DNA from: Candidatus Taylorbacteria bacterium RIFCSPLOWO2_01_FULL_48_100
Lineage (GTDB): Bacteria; Patescibacteriota; Minisyncoccia; Phycocordibacterales; UBA10002
Direction: 5' to 3'
NCBI GenBank assembly: GCA_001821135.1
Contig: MHSA01000001.1
Location: 1-47,241, forward strand
Length of the DNA stretch: 47,241 bases
The notes below the pieces were generated by a model. That model made no database searches and was not told the DNA's origin. It saw only the letters and a list, made by a program, of their open reading frames with translations. The translations under genes and the position numbers were made by a program. This document shows positions 40,880 through 47,241 of this stretch, piece by piece (positions within the stretch are counted from its first letter, which is position 1; every line of letters starts with the position of its first letter).

Positions 40880-42485
40880 TCTGCGAAACATATTGTTTGC
40901 AATTTTAATTCTCGCGTTCGCGCTGCGTGTTGCCGGGGTGGGGCACGGCTTGCCGCTTCTTGTTGTGGACGACGAACCGCCTTTCGTATTTTCCGCGCTC
41001 AAAATGCTGGAACTTAAAACTCTCGTATTACACGGAGAAAATTTTAAAGATATCCTATATTATCCGCCGTATTTGGCGTACGCACTCCTGCCTTTTTTTG
41101 CGGTTCTCGCAGGTCTTTTGTTTTTCAGATTTGGTTCTCTTGAACTTCTTAAAACATATGTTGCAGCCGACCCGTCTCTTTTTTTTCTAACAGCGCGGAT
41201 TGTCACCGCCGCTCTAGGTGTTCTGTCTGTGTACCTCATATATCGTTTTGCGCGAAATATATGGAAAACGGAAGCCCCCGCTTTGTGGGCGGCATTCTTT
41301 ACAGCAACTAGTTTACTTGCTATTTCGCTCTCTTCTGTGGCGCGGCATTGGACGGCGGTGCTTTTTCTTTTTTCGCTCGTGTTATTTTTCCTATCACACA
41401 CAGCATGGACGGCGCGGAAACGATATGCATTGTCTTTATTTGTTGCCGGCACGAGCTTTGGCGTGGTGGGTGATTTTACTATTTCCTTACTCGCGCTTAT
41501 TGCTCTTTGGTTTTTCTTCTGTGAATGCGATGAATCGCGGTGGAAGTTGCTAAAGAAGTATTGGCTCCCCAGCGCAATAGTGCTCGGATTTTTTTATAAG
41601 TTGCCGCTCTGGCTCTACCCCATCGGCATGGGTTTCAAGGCAGAGACCATTCTCAAGGCTCCATATGTGGTAGATGTTCTGATAGCACCTTTTGCATTTG
41701 GGTATAGCTTTTTTGTTTCAGAGCCGATATTCGCACTTGCCGTTTTTGCAGGAATGTGGATTGCATTAAGAAATTACAAACGGTTTTTCTGCTTGAGCGC
41801 ATGTTTTGCGTACTTATATGCGCTGCTGTTTCTCATTTTTTTCCGTTATGAGGCGCGATTTTTCTTGCCGCTTATTCCGCTCTTTTCCGCGCTTGCCGGG
41901 CTAGCATTTTCGCGCATACGGATGCGTGTCAGCATTCCCGCCGCCCTTCTGATTATTTTCTTGTCTGCGCGCCTCGCGCTGCTCGCTTGGGGAGGAGATA
42001 CGCGCGAACTTGCCCGCGCGTGGGTTGATGGGCATATTCCGGAAAAAAGCCGCATCGCAACATACGGCAAAGGACTCCGGCTTCCAAAGACCAAGGAGGC
42101 GTTTGCGGAACAGGCGGTATTGGACGCGTCATCACTTCGGAGCGCAGACCGTGCGGATGAATCTTTGTCGGAAAGCACTCGCTCCGCGCGACGCTACCAC
42201 GCGCTTAATTTATATGCGCTCCAAAACGATAAGTTGTGGTCTGGTATCACTGAATACCTGGCGCGCAATGACTATCAATTTCTCGCGGTTTCAGAAGATG
42301 GTGGTGATGACTCGCGCGTAATGGAACTAAAAAAGACGGGCGACGCCGGTGCGCTTATACAAGTATTTTCTGGAAGTTATACAGATGGGGTGCGCTATAC
42401 CGACGCGGATTTCAAAGGGGGATTTCCGGCACTCTTTCGCATCCGCGCGCTTGGTCCTGATATGATACTCTATATGTTTAAATAA
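40872..42485 (+). CDS. GT-C-fold membrane glycosyltransferase (ArnT/PMT, GT39/83-like)
   Basis: Start at MTNLRNILFAILILAFALRV, overlapping the upstream stop. An acidic first-loop motif VVDDEPPF is present. There are about 11 TM helices and a soluble C-terminal domain. Confidence 0.8.
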   Translation: MTNLRNILFAILILAFALRVAGVGHGLPLLVVDDEPPFVFSALKMLELKTLVLHGENFKDILYYPPYLAYALLPFFAVLAGLLFFRFGSLELLKTYVAADPSLFFLTARIVTAALGVLSVYLIYRFARNIWKTEAPALWAAFFTATSLLAISLSSVARHWTAVLFLFSLVLFFLSHTAWTARKRYALSLFVAGTSFGVVGDFTISLLALIALWFFFCECDESRWKLLKKYWLPSAIVLGFFYKLPLWLYPIGMGFKAETILKAPYVVDVLIAPFAFGYSFFVSEPIFALAVFAGMWIALRNYKRFFCLSACFAYLYALLFLIFFRYEARFFLPLIPLFSALAGLAFSRIRMRVSIPAALLIIFLSARLALLAWGGDTRELARAWVDGHIPEKSRIATYGKGLRLPKTKEAFAEQAVLDASSLRSADRADESLSESTRSARRYHALNLYALQNDKLWSGITEYLARNDYQFLAVSEDGGDDSRVMELKKTGDAGALIQVFSGSYTDGVRYTDADFKGGFPALFRIRALGPDMILYMFK

Positions 42486-43223
42486 ATGAAAATCACCATT
42501 ATTATTCCAACATATAATGAGATAGATACGATTGGCGCGCTTATTGATAAGCTTTTGCTGGTTTGTGCGGAAATGCCGCAACATATATTCTCTATTCTCG
42601 TGGTAGACAGCAATTCACAAGACGGTACGGCATCTCTGGTGGAAGAAAAAGCGCGCAAGCATGGAACAGTGCATCTTCTAAAGCAAAACGAGAGACGCGG
42701 GCTCGGTTCCGCATATGTACTTGGAATGCAGTACGCTGCCCGCCGCCTCGCCGCGGACGCCTTTATTGAATGCGATGCTGATTTCCAGCACGACCCGCGA
42801 GACATCAAACGGCTCATTACTGAATTTGATAATGGGTACGATTATGTCATCGGTTCGCGATATGTTCCTGGAGGTAGCGTGCCGCATGAGTGGAAATGGT
42901 ACAGGAAAATCATAAGCCGTTGGAGCAATGTGTTTATCAGATTGATTTTGCACATTCCGATCGCCGATGCAACTTCCGGGCTGAAGCTTACGCGCGTACA
43001 GACATTTTCCGAGCGCCTGCCGCTTGAAGAAAGAAAACTCTATTCGCGATTTCATGCTTATAAAATCCATCTCTTGTATTGCATGTTCGCATACGGCGCA
43101 AAAATAAAAGAAGTTCCGATTACATTTCATGAACGCGGCAATGGGGCATCAAAATTGCGAACGATAAAAGATATTGCGGAATCGCTCAAAGTCGTATTCC
43201 TTCTGCGATTAAAAGGCGTATGA
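42486..43223 (+). CDS. GT2 polyprenyl-phosphate mannose/glucose synthase-like (DPM1-like)
   Basis: 245 aa. Motifs: KITIIIPTYNEIDTIG, VVDSNSQDGT, ECDADFQHDP, GSRY. Confidence 0.9.
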   Translation: MKITIIIPTYNEIDTIGALIDKLLLVCAEMPQHIFSILVVDSNSQDGTASLVEEKARKHGTVHLLKQNERRGLGSAYVLGMQYAARRLAADAFIECDADFQHDPRDIKRLITEFDNGYDYVIGSRYVPGGSVPHEWKWYRKIISRWSNVFIRLILHIPIADATSGLKLTRVQTFSERLPLEERKLYSRFHAYKIHLLYCMFAYGAKIKEVPITFHERGNGASKLRTIKDIAESLKVVFLLRLKGV

Positions 43224-44344
43224 AAATCTACTACATTGCCAACGCTCGCATGCCGACCGAGAAGGCGCACGGTATTCAGATTGCGAAAATGAGCGAAGCG
43301 CTCCGCGCGGCAGGCGCTGATGTGACACTTGTTGTCCCTCGGCGCGGAAGTGGCGGCTCGCTCAAAAATGTTTATAATCTTGCGGCTGATATTCCTGTGG
43401 TGCGCATACCAGTTATACCGTACGCGCAAAGTTTTCTTATTGGTTCTGCATCGTTTATGTTTTCCGTGTTTTTCTTTCTTCTTGTGAAAAAAATGATTGG
43501 TAAGAAATTTCTTGTCTACACGATAGATATGGACCAATTTTCTTTTTCGTTCATTCCGTTTCTGGGTGTGCCGTATTTTGTAGAGATTCACGACGCGAAA
43601 CGGCGCGGTGCGCTTTTCAATTTTCTTTTTAAGCACGCGATGGGCGTCTTGACGATTAATCACATCATTAAGAATAAATTATGCGCGAGGTTTGGTCTTT
43701 CGGAAGAAAAGGTCTTGGTTGCTCCGAACGGCATTTCCTATGAGTTCTTTAATGCAGTAAGTATAACGTGCGAACAGGCGCGCGTCGCGCTTGGTCTGCC
43801 GCAGGAAAGTCGCATCGCATTATATGCAGGACAATTTTACGCATGGAAAGGACTTGAGATTTTTGCTGAAGCGGCGCGGCGCGCGCCAAATGTTTTGTTT
43901 TATCTTGCGGGTGGCACGCGCGAATCATTTGAAAAAGTAACAGGCATTCGCGCTCTTCAGGAGAATATCTTATTTGGCGGTATTCGCCCATACAAAGAGA
44001 TGCCGCTTTTGATGCGCGCGGCAGACGCTCTTATCGTGCTTGGTACAAAACGCGACGAGTATTCATACTTCCACACCTCTCCTATGAAATTGTTTGAGTA
44101 TCTACCGATAGGAAGGCCGATTGTTGCATCGCGCACGCCCGCGATCGCTGATATGGTTTCCGAAAAAGAAGTATTTTTTTACGAACCGGATAACGCGGAA
44201 AATATGGCGCACGCTATAGTGGAGGCAATTCGCAATAAAACAGTTGCGGCAACAAAGGTCGCATCGGCGCGCGCGCTTGCCGAAAGATATACCTGGGAAA
44301 CCCGCGCCGAATCCGTTCTTGCGAAAATGATTTCACGCAGGTAG
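43220..44344 (+). CDS. Glycosyltransferase family 4
   Basis: 374 aa. Motifs: MKIYYIANARMPTEKAHGIQI and the GT-B C-terminal domain (YAGQFYAWKGLE...SPMKLFEYLPIGRPIVAS). Confidence 0.88.
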   Translation: MKIYYIANARMPTEKAHGIQIAKMSEALRAAGADVTLVVPRRGSGGSLKNVYNLAADIPVVRIPVIPYAQSFLIGSASFMFSVFFFLLVKKMIGKKFLVYTIDMDQFSFSFIPFLGVPYFVEIHDAKRRGALFNFLFKHAMGVLTINHIIKNKLCARFGLSEEKVLVAPNGISYEFFNAVSITCEQARVALGLPQESRIALYAGQFYAWKGLEIFAEAARRAPNVLFYLAGGTRESFEKVTGIRALQENILFGGIRPYKEMPLLMRAADALIVLGTKRDEYSYFHTSPMKLFEYLPIGRPIVASRTPAIADMVSEKEVFFYEPDNAENMAHAIVEAIRNKTVAATKVASARALAERYTWETRAESVLAKMISRR

Positions 44345-44353
44345 TATTTATTT

Positions 44354-44944
44354 ATGCTTAAATCAATTGGCTTGAAAAGCAGTTCTGCATTAAAAGGGGG
44401 GACTGCTTTGCGCTTTGTTACTGATATTTCAAAACGGCATTTTCGCGGTTCTTCCGAGATTGAGCTTCTGGATGTGGGATGCGGCGCAGGACATTTCTTG
44501 AGATCATTGCCGCCAATCTTTCGCGGTACGGGCGTTGATTACAATGGACTCGCGGCGCAGTCGGTTAATATTTCGTATGAGCGGCTTCCATTTCCCGATT
44601 CCTCGTTTGACATAGCAACCGCGTGGCAGGTATTGGAGCATTTAGAGAATCCATTTTTTGCTGGACGCGAAATACACCGCGTGCTTCGTCCCGAAGGAAT
44701 CTTTATCTTTTCGGTGCCGAACATCAAACATATACGCACGCGCATGCATTTCTTTCTTTCTGGCGGCATTTTGCGCTGGAACAAACGCAATGACCATCTA
44801 TTTGTTCCGCTTGAAGCGGTGCTCAAAAAGAGATTGTTTCAAGGATTTTGTATGATAAATAGGGTATATGCTGATGGACCTGCGATTTTGCCGGCACATT
44901 TTCTTTTTGCAAAAAATGAATATTGGGTGCTCCAAAAAGATTAA
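44354..44944 (+). CDS. Class I SAM-dependent methyltransferase
   Basis: 196 aa. Motifs: LLDVGCGAGHFL, FDIATAWQVLEHLENP, LRPEGIFIFSVPN. Confidence 0.88.
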   Translation: MLKSIGLKSSSALKGGTALRFVTDISKRHFRGSSEIELLDVGCGAGHFLRSLPPIFRGTGVDYNGLAAQSVNISYERLPFPDSSFDIATAWQVLEHLENPFFAGREIHRVLRPEGIFIFSVPNIKHIRTRMHFFLSGGILRWNKRNDHLFVPLEAVLKKRLFQGFCMINRVYADGPAILPAHFLFAKNEYWVLQKD

Positions 44945-44950
44945 AAAACA

Positions 44951-45252
44951 ATGAAAGCTTTTTTATTGAAAATTGCCGATAAGATTGGTCTGACCGACAA
45001 ACTTGTGCGGCGGCGTATAGACGCGTTTCTGCAAAAACACGCGACTTGTGAACGAACACTGTTCTTTGCGAACGCATTGGGTTTCAGACAGAAACATTAT
45101 GGACAAAACTGCTTTCTGTTGATTGGCTTATTTTGTCAAAAATTATTCGCTCACTTTCCTTTCTTATTACGAAAGAGTACTGCGATGTAACGCGTAAAAG
45201 CGAAACGCACAATATTTTAACGAGTAGGTATTTCGTTACGGCGAGAAAGTGA
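44951..45252 (+). pseudogene. Internally deleted, frameshifted copy of the 35367-36041 methyltransferase gene
   Basis: The N-terminus MKAFLLKIADKIGLTDKLVRRRIDAFLQKHAT matches MKALLLKAAHAFGLTDKLVRRRIDAFLQKHAT. After a junction at 45061/45062 the sequence matches the 3' end of the intact gene (CERIGFQTETLWTKLLSVDW...) in another frame. About 373 bp, including the SAM motifs, is missing. Confidence 0.8.
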
Positions 45253-46386
45253 TATGAGTTCGTCCGCAACGCGCGCGACCATCTCTACTGTAATGTCGTC
45301 GCTTTGGCGGCGGGCTTCTAGTTCGTTATACACGGTGTTGTCAATGATGCCGAGCGCGGGTTTCTCGCGCGGCGCGGCAACGGTGCGGTGGAGCTCACCT
45401 TGCGGCGGTTGAATGTTCTCATACATCGGTCCAACAATGTCAATCGTTGGCGTACTGAATGCCTCGGCAATATACACAGGTCCCGTGTCTGCGCTTATGA
45501 AGAGCGAAAGCGAGGCGATAAGCGCTTTTAATTCTTCAATAGAAAGGAGATTATACAAGTTAACTGCGCGTGTTGAAGGAGAAATCTGCGTGAACATTGT
45601 TTCAACATCGGCGTGGTCCTTGCCGCTTCCAAGTACGAGAATTTTCGCGTTGTGTTTTTGCGCGAGTTCATCGGCAAGTCCTGCAAATTTTTCAGGTGCC
45701 CAACATTTTATGGGGTCGCCGCCGACTCCAGGGAGTATACCGACAATTAAATCTCTTTTTGCATCTAGATTTTCTTTTTGTAGAAGCGCTTGTACGCTTT
45801 TCACCGCTTCCTCCGAATAGGCAAGTTCTTTGCGCGTGTTGCTCGTATGGATGCCGAGCGGTTCAAGGAGCCGCAAATATTCGCGCGGCACATAGCGTTC
45901 GTTATAGTGTGGTACAACAATAACGGCTCGAAGAAGTTTTTTGTAGGTGCGTGTTTCGTATGGAGAATATCCGCCAACAATTTTAGGCGCGGCAATTGAT
46001 TTAACGCCGGCAACGATAAGGAGTGCTAGGCCATAGAGCGACGGAAGAGGAAGAATTCCGAAATCTGCGCGCTCGCGCGCTAGGACGCGCGCGGCGCGCC
46101 AGAAGCTTTTTTCAATAACAATATAGTGGTCCACTTGAGGATGTCCATAGAGCAGTTTTTGATTGACCGCATCACCAACGACCACCAACCGCGAATGAGG
46201 ATAGGTATTTTTAATGGCGCGGAAAAGAGGGGTTGTGCAGACCATATCGCCGAGTTTAGCACCCTGCACGATAGCAATCGTCCGTGGGTTTTGAGGCGCG
46301 CGTCCGCGCGCGCCGCGCAAGGCAATATGCGCGTACGCCGCAACAAAAAGCCATAGATTATACAGCTGATGCGATAACGCTTTCAT
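45217..46386 (-). CDS. Glycosyltransferase family 9 (heptosyltransferase-like)
   Basis: 389 aa. Motifs: IAIVQGAKLGDMVCTTPLFRAIK, ILPGVGGDPIKCWAPEKF, ISADTGPVYIAEAF. Confidence 0.85.
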   Translation of the reverse strand: MKALSHQLYNLWLFVAAYAHIALRGARGRAPQNPRTIAIVQGAKLGDMVCTTPLFRAIKNTYPHSRLVVVGDAVNQKLLYGHPQVDHYIVIEKSFWRAARVLARERADFGILPLPSLYGLALLIVAGVKSIAAPKIVGGYSPYETRTYKKLLRAVIVVPHYNERYVPREYLRLLEPLGIHTSNTRKELAYSEEAVKSVQALLQKENLDAKRDLIVGILPGVGGDPIKCWAPEKFAGLADELAQKHNAKILVLGSGKDHADVETMFTQISPSTRAVNLYNLLSIEELKALIASLSLFISADTGPVYIAEAFSTPTIDIVGPMYENIQPPQGELHRTVAAPREKPALGIIDNTVYNELEARRQSDDITVEMVARVADELISLSRRNEIPTR

Positions 46387-46449
46387 GCTTGATAATAATG
46401 ATTTTATACGGTACTATAACATTCTTAACGGGCGTTTTGTTTTTATAGT

Positions 46450-47241
46450 ATGTGTGAGCAAATTATCGTATTGGGCGCAGACCACAATGGAGTCGCATTA
46501 AAATCAGAAGTCAAAAAACTTCTGAACGACTCCGGTTTTTATTGTATTGATATCGGTTCGCACACTGACAGTGAGAAGGTTGATTATACAGATTATGCGC
46601 ATACGCTCGGGTTCATCGTGCACAATGGGGACGCGGCGCGTGGCGTGCTTATATGCGGTACCGGAGTTGGTATGTCCATTGCCGTGAATCGCTTTCAGAA
46701 TGTGCGCGCCGCGCTCGCGCACAGCGTTCTCGTCGCGCAAAAAACAAGAGAACATAATGATGCGAATGTGTTGTGCCTTGGCGCGTGGGTTGCAACACCG
46801 TTTGGCGAAGGGAGACATGTGCGGCGGGTGGAAAAAACAAAAACGCACTCGCGCGAGAAAATTGTTTTCACGAACGGCATTTTTGATATTTTACACAAAG
46901 GGCACATTGAACTCTTTAAGTTTGCGAAATCTCTCGGCGGGCGGCTAGTGGTCGGCATCAATTCCGACCGTGCGACGAAGTTGCTCAAAGGAAAAAACCG
47001 ACCAATCAATTCCGCGCCGGAAAGAAAAGCGACGCTTGAAAACATACAATACATTGACCAAGTCGTTATTTTTGACGACACAAAAACAGTAGACATTATC
47101 AGTGATATTAAACCGCATATTGTCGTCAAAGGCGGCGAATGGACTGCAGAAGAAGTTCGTACGCGCGACAGGATTCCGAAAAATATAGAAGTGAAAGTGT
47201 GTCCGCTCGTTATGCAAGCATCGGGAATTAAATACTCTTCA
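46450..47241 (+). CDS. Fusion protein: RpiB/LacAB-type sugar-phosphate isomerase domain plus RfaE-II/HldC-type cytidylyl/adenylyltransferase domain; 3' end outside the window
   Basis: I checked the frame from the ATG at 46450 codon by codon to 47241 and found no stop. The ORF track does not list it because no stop lies inside the window. The N-terminal part has IIVLGADHNG...ICGTGVGMSIAVNRF...EHNDANVLCLGA...GRHVRRV. The C-terminal part has KIVFTNGIFDILHKGHIELFKFAKSLGGRLVVGINSD. Confidence 0.8.
   Translation, partial: MCEQIIVLGADHNGVALKSEVKKLLNDSGFYCIDIGSHTDSEKVDYTDYAHTLGFIVHNGDAARGVLICGTGVGMSIAVNRFQNVRAALAHSVLVAQKTREHNDANVLCLGAWVATPFGEGRHVRRVEKTKTHSREKIVFTNGIFDILHKGHIELFKFAKSLGGRLVVGINSDRATKLLKGKNRPINSAPERKATLENIQYIDQVVIFDDTKTVDIISDIKPHIVVKGGEWTAEEVRTRDRIPKNIEVKVCPLVMQASGIKYSS

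Noticed and set aside
46504-47217. Minus-strand ORFs (114, 144 and 90 aa) and the plus-strand ORF 46700-46948
   Set aside because: They overlap the long open frame from 46450 to the window end, which carries clear RpiB and HldC motifs.

Overview
The window looks like a small-genome, CPR/Patescibacteria-like bacterium. This is an inference from three things: no rpmD between rpsE and rplO, compact genes that mostly lack Shine-Dalgarno sequences, and a type IV pilin next to a large glycosylation cluster.

Core content, left to right:
- rplJ-rplL
- str operon: rpsL-rpsG-fusA-tuf
- S10/spc super-operon, rpsJ to rplO, then secY-adk-map
- ndk
- a tRNA with anticodon UAU
- ftsH
- smpB plus tmRNA
- gdh and ung
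- infC-rpmI-rplT
- a prepilin gene
- a roughly 13 kb glycosylation cluster (34.3-47.2 kb) that runs off the right edge

The housekeeping backbone is heavily peppered with accessory and mobile DNA:
- An IS481-type insertion sits inside a promoter/terminator-bracketed, highly structured non-coding locus.
- Two hicBA modules and two opposite-strand small genes lie inside the ribosomal operons.
- A 1.37 kb islet is flanked by two copies of the ndk 3' end that differ only at synonymous sites.
- A miniature TIR element family has two copies. One is inserted in-frame in the prepilin leader. The other lies between rplL and the next gene.
- GC-rich modular palindromic repeats occur at three sites.
- A dispersed ATTCGTA repeat block sits at three gene starts.
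- A nearly identical terminator hairpin is reused four times.

Other points worth a second look:
- rpmI needs a 1-nt frame correction.
- rpmC is absent from its canonical slot.
- An RpiB-HldC fusion ORF, open to the window end and absent from the ORF track, lies next to a GT9 heptosyltransferase.
- There are two tandem pairs of a GT-C-like membrane protein and a DPM1-like GT2.
- A methyltransferase gene and an internally deleted copy of it bracket most of the glycosylation cluster.

All family assignments come from motif recognition by eye. No database search was run.
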